This document shows positions 1 to 13,325 of a stretch of DNA of 64,000 nucleotides, one piece after another. Below the pieces are notes generated by a model. That model made no database searches and had not been told where the DNA came from. It saw only the letters and a list, made by a program, of their open reading frames with translations. The DNA is from Catajapyx aquilonaris (taxonomy: Eukaryota). Location of the stretch: assembly GCA_000934665.2 (NCBI GenBank), contig JYFJ02000948.1, positions 1 to 64,000 on the forward strand, given 5' to 3'. The first letter of the stretch is position 1; every line of letters begins with the position of its first letter. Position numbers and translations under genes: made by a program.

Positions 1-361
1 CAAAGGGAGTGGTCTGCGACGTCTGTAGCTCAATTGGTTCACGAGATATGACCGATTTCTGAAACCCTACCTTCCGAAAATGACGTTTTTTTCGGTGGGC
101 CTATCTCCGGGGAGGAGGGGTAAATCTCAAAACCGCGCAAATGGTATTTTTGAAAGACGTAATTAAAGCGATTCGCCGATTTTCGTCAAAATCTGACAAC
201 CCAAGGGTCAATTTTTCTTAAAAGCTCGGTGAATTGACATGGAATGACCCAATTATAAAATCGTATTCTTGCTTCAGTTCAATACCTTTTCAAGTCTTGT
301 CTGTTTGTGCCTGTTGAAGTAATTGGTGACATGGTTGTGACATAAGCAACTTTGTTTTCAG

Positions 362-3360
362 ACCCATTCACCGCAGCCACCAATGCATATAGTCTACCCA
401 TCAACACACATGGAACCGTCATACCCAACTGGCACAGTCACATCCAAAGCGTCTCCCGCACCTCTTCCGACAACCAACCACACTGGTCACAACCACCAAG
501 GCGTCATATCAACACAGCCTCTGCCAGCACATCAAGCGTCTAGTGTTGTGGTGCGTCCTCCATCGCTTCCTTCAACATCAACCCCGTCAACCAGACCGAC
601 GAAGCTGCCAGATCGTGATGCGTCATACCATGATTCGTTTGAACCAGTCGGGAAAGAGAAGGAGGAACCTCATGCGCACATCCACCGGAGCGAAGATGCC
701 TTGTCACATCCAGCTCACCCAGTCCCGCCAAAGGTTGATGTGTCTGCCATCGGTCGAGGCATGTTGATTCCTGCGGCAAGTCCAGGAGGCCCTGGAAGAC
801 CAGCAGCATCACCACACGCGCCATATGATGCTTCATTGGTGAGTATTAATTGCTTTAGGACAGTTGTTTCACGTAAATTCTTACTCACCCGAAAAAAATT
901 GCGCATGGGTTGTAGTATTTTTAACAAGCTTAGGAAATGTAGATTTGCACTGCCACATTCATTCTCATTTCTTTTTTTTCTTTTTTTGGTGAGGTCATGA
1001 CATCAAAAGCTGCTGCTTATTGCACTTTTAGTCTTTTACTGATATTTTCATTATCACCAAGGTTGTTTGAGTAAAGTAACAGATGCGTCTGCAGCTGTTA
1101 TGAATTATAATATTAATGCAACAGTACTGTTGCAAGCAGCAGCTTTCTAGTCATCCCCAGTTTAATTTTTGGAGAGTACTGTAGTTGATTGGTTGGTTGG
1201 TTGGTTTCCCCCCCTTGCCCAACACCCCCCTCAAAAAAAATGTACTTCCAGCATGTGAGCCATAACCGATCAGGTGGAGTAATAGCCGAGCTGCTTCAAA
1301 CCCCCCAGTACTTACTTGCACCACACAACAAAGAGTACCTGCAAACGGGTCCTCCGCATCCTCCACCACCACCTGTGGAAAGGGTTTCTAACCGAACGCA
1401 ATCTTCCCCACCACCACCCCACCACCCTTCTTCTTCTGTCTATCAGCATGTTAGCCAGGTAAGCACAGTTATCTGCATGATTACGCCACTCATGTGTGTG
1501 AGTATGGAAGTCAAACATGCTCCGTTAACCAAGGAAGACTTTTGGTAACTCTGTTTTGTGTGTGCCAGGGTCAGCATTTGGGGATTCCGCCACATGTGCT
1601 GCATCCTACTGGTCCACCTCCGGAGTTGTCGCCGCATTACGTGCACCAGCAGATCCTCTACCAGCAGTACCTGAGGGCGCACCAGGAAGCCTTGGTGCAG
1701 CATGCCCACATGCCATACCACATTCCACAGAGTGAGTACATTTTGGTGATCTATTTTCTAAGTTAACACTGCCAGTTTTTCAGAATAATGGTGCACACTC
1801 CATAAGTTTTCGTAGACACATTGGTAATTTTGACCATTTTTTGCAGACCTTCGCCAGTCGGTGGACATGAAGGACCAAGACAAGGCTGAGGAGGGCCGTC
1901 CTGGGAGCACCCCCTTAGAGTTACACAGGCCCACGAACCGTCCCACTCCACCTCAGAATCAGCCGACTCAGGCCAGAGTGCCGATACCCTCCCACCTCCA
2001 CTCCCCTCACGCTCCCTCGCCCCACGCTCCATCGCCTCACGCGCCATCACCTCATGCACCTTCCCCACACGCCCCCTCACCACATGCCCACTCCCACGAC
2101 CGCAGCACTGACTCCCCTATGGTGGCCAATGTGTATGCGCATCACGGAGTTCCCCCTCCCCATCCCATCCCATCTCACAGGCAACAGGCAGGGGGTGGCC
2201 CAGAAGAGAAGCACCACTTGCCTCCTCCACACATGGCACCTCCTCATCAACCGCGGCAAACCTTCTCCCATCCGTACGCAGAGTTGACTGGTGAGGAGCC
2301 GGTAGACACCTACAGGCGGTCTCCTCTTCAGCCACCACCTCCGTCGCATTCCCTGCACCAGCAGCATCCGCATCTAGCACCCGGAGTACGGGTTCATCCC
2401 ACCCCAGGATCCGAGGCTCCCCCACACCTCCCGCCTCACCCGCACTCTCGGGTGCAAGTGAGAACACCACCTCATGCCAGTCAGGTGCCACCTCAGGCAG
2501 ACTCCTTGCTCATGCTACTGCAGGTGGGTCTCTAGTGGATTGGGAACTGTGACTACACCATGGGTTCTCCCGAACCATCCAACCAACTATCCAACTATCC
2601 AACCATCCATGAACTGACTTTCCAAAACCCTGGTATATTTTTAGTATTAGTTTAAGGTCCATACAGGAGCAGTGATTTGTTGTCATCCTTAATAGTTGCG
2701 TTTCAAATCAGTCACATTGATTACTTCCATTTAACCAATTCTCCTTCATTTGCAGCGCTATCCTGTGATGTGGCAAGGATTGCTGGCATTGAAGAACGAC
2801 CAGGCAGCAGTGCAGATGCATTTCGTGATGGGCAACCCGGACGTGGCCCGTGACTCCCTTCGCTGCCATTCAGATGGGAGCACCCCGCTCAGGATAGCCC
2901 AGAGGATGCGACTGGAGCAGACACAGATCGAGGGCGTAGCTAGGAAGATGCAGATGGATAACGAGCACTGCATGCTTCTGGCCTTGCCCTGCGGACGTGA
3001 CCACATGGATGTACTGCAACAGAGTAACAACCTCAGGAACGGATTCATCACCTACCTGCAGCTCAAACAAGCTGCCGGAATAGTCAATATTGCACCACCT
3101 GGGTCACAACAGGTGCGATACCCTCTTCAAAATGTTTAATGTCATGTTGGAAATAATGATGCATGTTTTCCCTTTTCTTTTTGAACTTCTGGTCTGGTGA
3201 CAAATGTTCATCCTGTCTTATTCTTTGGCAGGCGGCGTATGTTGTGCACATCTTCCCGTCGTGCGACTTTGCCAACGAGAACCTTGCAAGGATAGCACCA
3301 GACCTACTTCACGGAGTGGCAGATATAACTTACTTACTGGTTATCATTGCCACTGTTTGA
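362..3360 (+). CDS. spen: split ends / SHARP (Msx2-interacting protein) homolog, 3' exons including the C-terminal SPOC domain; 5' part lies upstream of the window
   Basis: Frame-consistent GT-AG exons 362-838, 1252-1458, 1569-1731, 1847-2523, 2756-3112, 3232-3360. The P/H-rich region is followed by SPOC sequence 'LLQRYPVMWQGLLALKNDQAAVQMHFV...PLRIAQRMRLE...FITYLQLKQAAGIVN...AYVVHIFPSCDF...LLVIIATV*', recognisable as the Spen C-terminus. Confidence 0.95.
2002..2091 (+). repeat. 15-bp coding minisatellite encoding about five (SPHAP) units in spen
   Basis: Translation HSPHAPSPHAPSPHAPSPHAPSPHAPSPHAH; third codon positions vary between units. Confidence 0.9.
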
Positions 3361-5806
3361 GATGACCGTACACTGCAAGTACCAACGATACTCTCCTCCC
3401 CCCCACGCGATTCACCCAAAGAAGAAAGACAACAATGAGTGATTGAACATTTTGATGGGAATAGGCACAAAAGGGTAAGAAGAAAGGCCATCACCATGCA
3501 AGAGAACAAAAAAACAAAAATCCAAAAAACAGCTAGTTACATTAGATGGATTCTTTTTTTTTTTTCCATGTCGACTGTTTTCCACTGCGGAGATACGTAC
3601 TATGTGTTTAAATATGGACACTTACCCTCTCCCTCCTGTTCCCCCCACGCCCACCTCCCATGAATTTAGGCTTAGCTACAACAAAGGCCTAAGTGATAAG
3701 TGTCATCCACTTGTTAGCATTGTCAAGAGTCACAACTTTTTTCATGTGTTTTTTTTTTCAATGTTTTTTTGTTCGTCTTGTTTCCCTACCCATCTTGTAA
3801 AACAGTGCAACTCAATAGTGGCAAAACGATGGATGCAACAAACCAACAAAAGTACACTGAACCACTTTTATCTCGTTCCCACTTCTTCCCCCCCATCAAT
3901 GTGTGACAATGGGGGCGAGTTAAAATGGTTGTCTTTTTTTAATTATTTTTTAGACTGGCAATTTTTTTTCCCCCCTTGGGACTGGCAATGGTGCTCATGT
4001 TAAAATGCTCATGCTCAGGAAGCATTGAGTTTACCCTTTGAAAAACCTCATACCCTTCCTCATGCAGAATGAAAAAATTTAAAAAAACAACCCCCCAATC
4101 CCCAAAAAAACAACCTTTTTTTCTAACTCCTTCCCCCAAGTGAAAGTTTTTTTTCCCCCTTTCCTATTTCCCCTACCCTGATGTCCCTTACAAAGTCCTT
4201 TGTCCTGGAACGAAACTTGGGGATCACTATTTACATTCTAAAAACTTAGCATAAAAAACCCATCTCATCAAACTCATGTATCGTAAACTTCATCACTTTA
4301 CAAACAACCATGTAAATACTTTGTATATAAATGAGAGAGATTACATAGTCGCTGTACATTTTCTTGGCTTCTGGATAAATAATAATAATGATGATAATAA
4401 TGTTGTATGTAGTATGAATGACTGTTCTTTGATAATCAGTTCAGACATTAATGAGGCGGATCTTTTTTTTTTCCTTTTTGATATATAAAGAAAAACCATT
4501 TCTGCTGGTTGACAAAAAAATGGCATCGCTGTATGTAGGCTTGTAGAGCTGTTAGGAAAAGAGAGATCGAGAGCAAAGCGAGGAAAATCCGAGTGGAAAA
4601 TTGGGATTCCGCTCAGATTTTTTTGTTTTTTTTTTTTTAAATCAAGGGTTCCTGCCATGTACTTTACCTCAGTTTTACTTAACTGGGGAAGGGGCAGTAT
4701 ACACACACACATACACCTATACAGAACACACACATGTGCACATGTGTAATTTCCTACTATTCCCCCTGCCCCCCCACCGAACTTGCATCCTACACTTGCC
4801 CCTACAGAAAAGTGTGTAGTCGGAAGAAGAAAATTATGTGGAGAGAAAAAAAAAAACTGTGCCCCCCTCCCCCCCACTCAAACCCAAAACTTTTTCTTCA
4901 AATGTTAAAGAAGCATTCTCACAACTAGAGGATACAACAAAAAAAGAAGCCAGAAAAAGTTAACAAAAAAGTCTATTGTGTACGTAAAGAAAAAGCATAA
5001 GTGTTTCGTCGAAGTGAACTTTTTTTAGGAAGATAAAAAAAAATGTAGGGAGGTCGCCGCTGCTTTGTGTGATTTTCCTCCCCCATTTTCTGCCCCCTCC
5101 CTCCTCCACTTCTGCCCTCATACAATCTGTAGACCGATACTCCCCCGTTTTTACGTGTGTGTTGAACATTATGGCCAGCCTTTCCCCCGCCCCCCGACAA
5201 TGTTCCCTCCATAAAAAAAAGTACTTCTCCCAATTTTACCCCCCAACCAATTGTGTAGTGGTATTAATTATGGTACTGTCCTTTCCCTCACCTACCTCGC
5301 CCCCCTCCACCCCCCACCTCCTGAGAATGTTTCTTTAAGAAGAGAAAAAGAGAAAAAAAAAAACCCACAAAAAGAAAGGACGCTGTTAAAAAGTGGTTTG
5401 ATGTGAGTTTTGCTCAAGTCATCACCAGATTCTATTTTCACTTCTTTTATGTACAGTGAGTGAACATTGCCATCTATTTTTTGATGTGTACAGAAGCGAC
5501 TGTAACACTACTTTTGAGTGTTGTATTTGCAGCCGACTTGGTTCGAAAAAGCAGAAAAGATATGTAAATATTTGGAGACTATTCTAGGGCTGTGATCTGT
5601 CTACATTCAGTTGTCAATGTTTCTTTTTTGGTCAGGAAATCATAAAGAGTCCAGTGATTTAAGTTATTGATTGGAAAAAAAAATAAAACAGTAAATAAAA
5701 ATAATAATAATAAAGCCTATGGATTTGATTTTGGGAAGATTACGAACACCAACAGCGAGTGATTTTGCGAGGACCCTCAAGGTGTGTATATTTTAATTAT
5801 CACGGC

Positions 5807-6188
5807 TACACTGGAAACTGCTAAGCGCCGCAAATCATTAAAAGAGCATCACCCATGTAGAAACCATTTTGAAATGATCTTGTAATTTTCTCGTAATGTT
5901 TTTGTTGATTTTTAGCAACAAAAATCATTACAATGTCACCATCAAAGCATTACAAGAGCATTAAAGAGCATTAAAAATTGATGCTTCATGAGAGACTCCG
6001 TACACCGTAAACTGTAAAACATCAAAAGAGCACCACTGGTGAGTCTCTCATGGAACATCAATTTCTAATGCTATTGTGATGCTTTTTAGCAACAAAAAAA
6101 GCATCGCAGGAGCATTAGCAGAGCATTGAAAATTGATGTTCCATGAGACACTCACCAATGATGCTCTTTTAATGTTTTGCGGTTTACA
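5807..6188. mobile_element. Non-autonomous foldback/MITE-like DNA element; a related copy lies at about 52330-52658
   Basis: About 66-bp imperfect inverted repeats: 6007 gtaaactgtaaaacatcaaaagagcaccactggtgagtctctcatggaacatcaattt versus the reverse complement of ~6122-6187. A further partial arm starts near 5807. The same modules (ggtgagtc..catggaacatcaat, ttttagcaacaaaaaa, gcggtttaca) recur near 52.3-52.7 kb. Confidence 0.75.
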
Positions 6189-6509
6189 TGCTCGTGATGG
6201 TTCACAAATTCTGTGCATATCTTCTGAGTTTATGCACTGGCCTGAGAAAAACTAGTGTGCACTAATCTACATCGTGTGTTTGTTCTTGAGATTACAATTA
6301 TAATATTGCTCATGACCGCTCATGATATCATGTAGCATGGTACAGAGCGGTACAGAGTATTTCATGATGCCCGACGAGTGAGACATTTCCAAGTATCTAG
6401 TAATATTACTAAAGTACAAACTGTGAGTAATGCTCAAGTGTTTGACAATTTGGATTTACCGCCTTAATATTTGAAGTTCAGCCGGCTTCCGCCAGATGGC
6501 TTCAGATCG

Positions 6510-6747
6510 GCCGCCATCTTGGGTCACTCCTCCCTGGGCGCCGCCATCTTGTCACCATCACTTCGCCAACTTCAGTTCGAAAAAATTTAAAAACACTTAA
6601 AACCAATCTGCCCTTATTTAGTTATAAAATCGCGCACAGTCATCCAACGGTACATTTCCTCTCGCTTATCTTTCGGCCGGCCCTGTTGACGGATGACACA
6701 TCGCTGATCGAGTTGGCAACCCTGATTTCCTTCCATCCGCCATGTTG
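6510..6747 (+). promoter_or_regulatory. ARPC2 promoter region with three YY1/Pho-type CCGCCATNTT motifs
   Basis: ccgccatctt at 6511 and 6541 and ccgccatgtt at 6737, in a CpG-rich island upstream of the ARPC2 ATG. Function is inferred from the motif only. Confidence 0.5.
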
Positions 6748-7001
6748 CGGTGAGAACCCCTCCTCCTCCTCCTCTCCTCTCTCTCGTTCCCTTCAGAAGA
6801 AGCCGACGGAAACTGTCCCCTCCCCGAAAAAAAAACCAGACAGACGTTTCGATTGCTGCTCCGACACCTTCCCTGCTTTGGATTGGGGCTGGACCCCCCA
6901 ACTTGGATTTGTGGTGACGGAGGAAGAAGAAGGAGGCAAAGGGGGCCTAGATGCAGCAGTTGGGCTGACCACACCAGAGAAGAAGAAGAAGTCTGGTCAG
7001 A

Positions 7002-9419
7002 ATGATCCTTCTGGAGATCAACAACCGAATCATCGAAGAGACGCTTACTGTCAAGTATAAGAACGCTCTGGCAGGGTCAGTCTCACTTGACACGCTCAGG
7101 CTGTCATTCAAATGGTTGCCCGTTAGTGTGCTAATTAGAACGATACGAATAATAATTAAGGCTGTGGGCACTGTCACGTCTAATCTGTACAGAAAAATGC
7201 CTCAGTTAGACACATGCGCAAATAATTGCTTCGGCTTGGATATCTGTTGCGGAAAGGGGTTGGCAGTAACTACAGGCTTGGGGAGGTCCGAAGCTGATGG
7301 TAATACGCTGAAGCTAGCAGTAGGCTACCTACAGGCTCCCCATGTGAAGCACAGCACTATTCAAATGAAGGGATTGACGGCACATGACAGGATGCGGCTG
7401 TCATTAAATGGTTACGATTAGTGAAAATTAACATGTAACGATATGTGTTCGAATAATAAGGAAGACTAGGCACTGCCCTGTTCTTGATAAGTAACATCAA
7501 CTGTACTGTACAGAAAAAGCCAAATGCCCCCCCAACCATAATTAAACATAATCATGAATGACTTGGAAATCGGTTACGGAAAAGACATTACGATTAAAAC
7601 TAAAAGGCTGCCCTTTTATGACCTTGTATGGCCATGTATGACCTTTATTACAAGTTGAAGTACAGGCATGCTTTTTGATGCAGGTGTGGATGACTCATGG
7701 GGTGTGGAGGACATGCTTTAGTCATGGAGTCACCAAAATGTGTCATTGGATGAAGTGTACTGACATTTCGTAACTTTCCTTTGCAGTCAAAAACCTGAGT
7801 CGATAGATGTCGTTATTGCGGACTTCGATGGCGTGCTTTTTCACCTGTCCAACCTGAATGGGGACAAGACGAAAGTCAGAGTGAGTATATGTGTTTTTTT
7901 CAGTAGGTGAGAAGAAAGGCTTTAAAAATGAGATTTTATCTAGTGTAAGTCCGTTGAGGGAAGTGGCTTTTGGAGAGTGATAATGGTTTCCTTGGGTAAC
8001 CCTTATCTTAGAAGCGATAGTAAGATTAAGGCCAGTTATTTTCATGGTGTCATTGGAAAAAGGAAAAAAAAATCAAACATTACCAGGGGCCAGTGTGTTG
8101 GTTGATTGATGACCAATTGTATTCTTGTTAGGTGTTGTTGTCAACAATAAACTTCAATATTGCCAGCAAGTAATGTGACAAATTGACACCCATGCATACA
8201 TGCAAGATAAAAATGGCAAATAACAGTAAATAATATGTTATGAGGAAGGATACGACCAAATGATTTTGTGTAAATTGTTCTATACCATGTTGTCCCTTAC
8301 AGGTTAGCATCTCTCTAAAATTTTACCTTGAACTTCTTGAACATGGTGCTGATACGTTGTTGAAGCGAGAATATGGCTCAATGCTCATACCTGCTGAAGA
8401 TGGTAATGTACTTGCTCATTGCTGGTGGGATTTGCGGCAATGCTTTATTCTTCCTTCTTTTCTTGCTGCAGGATACAGCGTGTCAATTTTGGTGGACTTG
8501 GACACCATCCCGGAAGACTGGCCAGAGTGGGTGAAGAAAATTGGATTGCTGAAGAGGAATTGCTTCGCCTCAGTGTTTGAGAAGTACTTTGAGTTCCAGG
8601 AGCAAGGGATCGAAGGGCAGAAGAGAGCAGTAATTCATTATCGGGATGATGAAACCATGTAAGTTTTAATTTCCTGTTCGTTAAAATATTTTTGATGCAT
8701 TTGGCATGGAGTGGAGCTTCATCGGTGGTGTTTTTTGACAGGTATGTGGAGGCCAAGTCTGATAGAGTGACGGTGGTGTTCAGCACAATCTTCAAGGATG
8801 AGGATGATGTGGTAATAGGAAAGGTGTTCATGCAGGAGCTAAAGGAAGGCAGGCGTGCAAGTCACACTGCACCTCAAGTGCTGTTCAGCCACAGGGAGCC
8901 ACCCATGGAGTTGCAGAACACGGATGCCAGGATTGGGGAAAACATAGGTTACATTACCTTTGGTAAGTCGCTCGTGATGAAATCTCAGTTAATATTATTT
9001 GTCACGCTGCTGTAATTGATAAGAGTTTGTATGAAAGTAAGTCTCATGTTAATGTATATTTTCTTCCTCTGCAGTGTTGTTTCCAAGGCACACAAACCGG
9101 AACACGCGTGACAACACCATCAACCTAATCCACATCTTCAGGGACTACCTCCACTACCACATCAAGTGCTCTAAAGCGTACATTCACTCCAGGATGCGTG
9201 CCAAGACTTCAGACTTCCTCAAAGTGCTCAATCGAGCCAGGCCAGAGCCAAAGAATGTAGAGAAGAAGACGATAAGGTTTGTTACGTTCTCTCCTTGTCC
9301 TCCAAGACAAGATTTTAATGCCACTTAAAAAAGTCAGTAGATCATAGTCAACAATGCAACTTACGTGGTTCCTTCTTTTTGTGTATTAAAGTGGAAGAAC
9401 ATTTGTGAGGAAAGAATGA
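7002..9419 (+). CDS. ARPC2: Arp2/3 complex subunit 2 (p34-Arc), 301 aa
   Basis: Exons 7002-7075, 7787-7880, 8303-8402, 8472-8658, 8742-8962, 9075-9276, 9392-9419 (906 nt). [15 protein letters not shown]...[12 protein letters not shown]...[15 protein letters not shown]...[14 protein letters not shown]...[30 protein letters not shown]...SGRTFVRKE*. Confidence 0.97.
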
Positions 9420-11342
9420 CCCCTCCTGGAGAGGAAGCAGAGCCACATGGAGGCGGATGTAAAATGTCGAGTCCTGGGAAGAATCAGCCATCGAGGATCA
9501 TGCAGACAGATACGGACTTTTATACAAACGGGGTCTGGCTGTCCGGGAGGAATGTTGGTGGCAAAGTACCCGGAAGTTATGCAGAGTGCAATCTGTTTGT
9601 GATTTATAATTTTTTGTTTATAATTCCCCCTTTCCCATCCTCCCTGCCCCATCTTTTTGAAGACATCCTAACCTGATCACAATCTTAATTTACTATTGTT
9701 TGCAAACTGCTTTTCTCTCCCGATTCATCCTGTACGGTAACTTCTCTCCTTCCAGAGCACTTATTCACTTCTTTTATCTATAATGTTCATTTTTTTTTAT
9801 TTTTTTTTAATCAACAGGTATGATGGTCGGCCCATCCCAACAATAACCGATACATGCAATAATTTGTTGTATTTTTGCCACTGTGTGGGAACTAGTGCAA
9901 ATCCTTTTTATTTTGCGTAGAGCATTTTTTTTTTTGCAATCAGTTTACCAAATGCACCATGTGCTTTTTTTTTTGTTGAAAAAAAACAAACATTTTTGTT
10001 TGAACTGGTGCGGAGTGTTCCTGGAACTATGGACTTGGGGAAGTGACGTTTAAAAAAAAAAAGGTTATCAATATGGATCTATCAATTGGACACTGGTTGT
10101 TCAAGCACATGAGGAATACTTGTGAGTTTTAGGCTCCCTTTCCCTCGACCCTCGACCCCTTGACCCATTGCACCCAGACCTAGACACTTTAAAACTGAAT
10201 TGATATGATTCTGGGACTATGTTTACATTCCTAATGAATTATTGCATTTTATATTTTGTCACTCGCATGGCAATCTCGTAATTCAAATTAATTTTCGCAA
10301 TGGTCACACGCAGTATTTTCCTTGCCGTTTATTAATGATTGGAAACTTATACTCCATAGATATGGTGCCTATTTTTATATTAATTTTTTCAATCCTCCCA
10401 TTGTAATTAAGTTCCTCCCAATACCATGTTATCATTGGAAGCAATTTTTTCCCCCCCTTCCTTTCCTTCCGATCCTGCCCCACATGTACCTTGCCCTGTG
10501 ATTATAAAATGCGATAGGTTTAATTAATGAGAAGGTGTCTGCATCCGATTTGGGAGGAAGCTGCTCAGACTGATTTACCCGAAAAATTTAAAACAAAGGA
10601 CACACTTTTTTTTTGTGTGCGAATTGAATTGCCAATATAGTGTGTTTATAGTCATAAGTTTAACTTCCTCCCGATCGTGTTTTCCCAACTTATTAAAAGA
10701 GAGAAAAGAAAATGGGGAAAGTTTGTGCGATGCCTGGGTATGTAAATTTATCCAGTGTTTCACTTTTTACTTTTGAAATGCCCATTTTTTTTGTTTGTTT
10801 TGACTTGTTATTGTGGCGACAATTGCTACCCATGTGAAAAGAAAAACAAAGAGTTAACCGCCTGTAACCCTCGAATTTGGTAAAAAGGAATGTCTTCCCA
10901 CTAAGTGTTGCGTACATTTTTTTTTTTTTTTGCACTAGAGTGTAAGGCAAACAGGTGGACTTTGGAATTGCATGAAGCGAGAGGTTGCATGCTGAATAGT
11001 AATGGCAACCTTGGTTAAGGTGAGTAGGCCAACAAACAATCAGAGGAAAGCAACATGGCAGGCAAGTCGGCTCGGTTGCCGTTGAAATGAGAACGAGAGC
11101 GATTAGTACCAGTGTAATGATAAAGCACAATGAGTGATTAGTCGTAATAATTGTCGTAGTGAATGCATCTGGCAGAAAATGTTACATGTGTAACGTACTG
11201 TGCAAATGGCCACAAAATCTTGATCAGCTAACATTGTGTGTTAAAGCAAATATTGATAACCGCTGAACAACATGTCGTAAAAATGAGACTGTGCAGTACT
11301 TGCTGATTGGAAATGAGGTATGAGCTGCATTTTTATTTCTAG

Positions 11343-13130
11343 GATGGCTGGAATGGGTTCGGAGCCCCTATTTCAAGCTGTATTGCGGACATACCTTGTC
11401 GTCATGGGGAGATCGCATGTGGGGATTTGCAGTCGGACTGTTCATGATCCAACTGGTCCCGGAATCGCTTGTGCTGACTGCGCTCTATGGATTCGTGAGG
11501 TCTGGGTCCGTGATATTGTTTGGCGCCTTGATCGGAAAGTGGATTGATGGGAGTTCACGCCTCAGAGGTAACCGAGCTTGTGTCATGATTCAACAAGAAT
11601 GTTAAAACTGAAATTAATAGCAAGGTTTTTATGTTTACATAGACAACTATTGTATCAGTACTTTTATCTTTCAAATTTGCAGCGGCTCGAATATCGATTG
11701 GGATACAGAATGTTGCTGTTGGTGTATCTGCCACTATCCTCTGCATATTCTTGTACTCTGAAGATCACCTGAAGTCAGGGACGCAAGAATGGCTGCCTAT
11801 AGTGATCTACCTGAGCGTAATATTCATGGCCTGCTTGGGCGAACTGGCAAGTGTGGCTACAAAGATAATAATAGAGAAGGACTGGATCGTGGTCATTACC
11901 AGTGGGGACAACGAGATGCTCGCAAGTACGCATTGTTGAGTAATAATTGCAGAGGTGTTAATAACTGACAACTTCTATTTTGCAAGAGATGAACTCAACC
12001 TTGCGCAGTATTGACCTGACGACATACATTGTGGCGCCAATTCTGGTCGGTCAGGTGATGACCTACATATCTCCCTCGGCTGCAGCTGTGTTTATGGCAG
12101 GATGGAATCTAGTCTCAATGGTTGTGGAGCTGTGGGTCATGCAGCTGATCTACAAGCAATTCCCAGACCTCTCACGGAGAAAAGGAATCGACAACGAAGT
12201 GCCAGCAGACTCCCCCGTCACGTGTTGGAGTGCATGGGCCATGTACTTCCAGCATCCAATATGCTTTGCAGGACTTGGTCTGGCAGCATTGTACATGACG
12301 GTGCTTGGATTTGACAGCGTGACAGTGGGTTATGCCTACGCCCAAGGGATATCGGAATCCATTTCTGGGATACTAACTGCTGTAGGAGCCTTGTTTGGAA
12401 TCCTCGGTAGCTTGGCTTTCCCGCGAATACGCCGCAGGATCGGGGTTGAACGGACTGGACTCCTTGGCTTTGGAATGGAGGTGGCCTGCTTATTGCTGTG
12501 CGTTGCATCCGTGTGGGCACCTGGCTCCCCATTTGACCCAACTGGTATCGTTGCCAACGAGACCATACCATACAATGCTACAGACAATGTCACTGTCAGC
12601 ACTACGAGCGCGTCTGAACAGCAATACACCTCCGTTGGTCTGTTGATGGCAGGAATTGTTCTTGCAAGATTTGGTCTGTGGACTGCCGATTTAAGTGTAA
12701 ATCAAGTCATTCAGGAGCAAGTCGAAGAGACAAAGAGGGGAGCTATTAGTGGTGTTCAGAACTCCATAAACATGGTGATGGAACTCATGAAGTTTGTGCT
12801 AGTCATTGCCCTGCCTAACTGGAATACCTTCGGCATACTTGTGCTCTTATCTTTCTCATGCGTATGTCTGGGGTAAGTCCTTCATGTCACTCTAACATAA
12901 GCGCTGCTCAGTGGTAGTTACTAAGCGGAATTCCTTTCCATTCCAGGTGGTTCCTGTTTGCATTGTATTCCAGACAGCGTCGAGGGCATCTGTTCCACTT
13001 TGCGAAGTTATTTGAATACTTTCAACCAGACGATGTGTACACTATGCAGCAAAATAACTTGCTGTCCATACGAGACGTGTCCTGGGAATCGTGCGCTTTT
13101 GACATGCTCCAGCACTACTCATTTGATTAA
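11343..13130 (+). CDS. SLC40A1: Ferroportin (SLC40A1) homolog, copy 1, canonical-like; first coding exon uncertain (candidate ATGGCAG at 11055-11061 via a GC donor)
   Basis: Exons 11343-11567, 11683-11925, 11987-12872, 12947-13130. Family motifs: GHTLSSWGDRMW, EKDWIVVI, MNSTLRSIDL, ALYMTVLGFD, WAPGSPFD, ARFGLWTADL, RGAISGVQNS, RGHLFHF. Confidence 0.92.
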
Positions 13131-13325
13131 CGCACCCTGCAATAATGAACCCCCTAGTCATAACCAAAGGTACTTTTATTTTTAAACTACATTTTGATGC
13201 CACAGATACAGTATATGCTATCATAGGAAATTCAGTATGAAATTATATCTGAACATTTTATCGTCAGTAAGTCCTTTCCACAAATTCATCTGATTTTTTG
13301 AAGTAGTATGGCGCTTGGGCCAATC

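Noticed and set aside
1..250. Possible DNA-transposon end (reverse complement GGGTCATTCCATGTCAA) in a spen intron
   Set aside because: Only one end is in the window, so neither the TIR nor the TSD can be verified.
3361..5715. Many short ORFs and homopolymer runs after spen
   Set aside because: Low-complexity sequence consistent with a long 3' UTR ending at AATAAA signals near 5680-5715; no coding signature.
10700..11342. Iron-responsive element upstream of ferroportin copy 1 (CAGTGT at ~10753 and ~11110)
   Set aside because: The flanking bases do not form the 5-bp upper stem with a bulged C. I saw no canonical IRE before copy 2 either.
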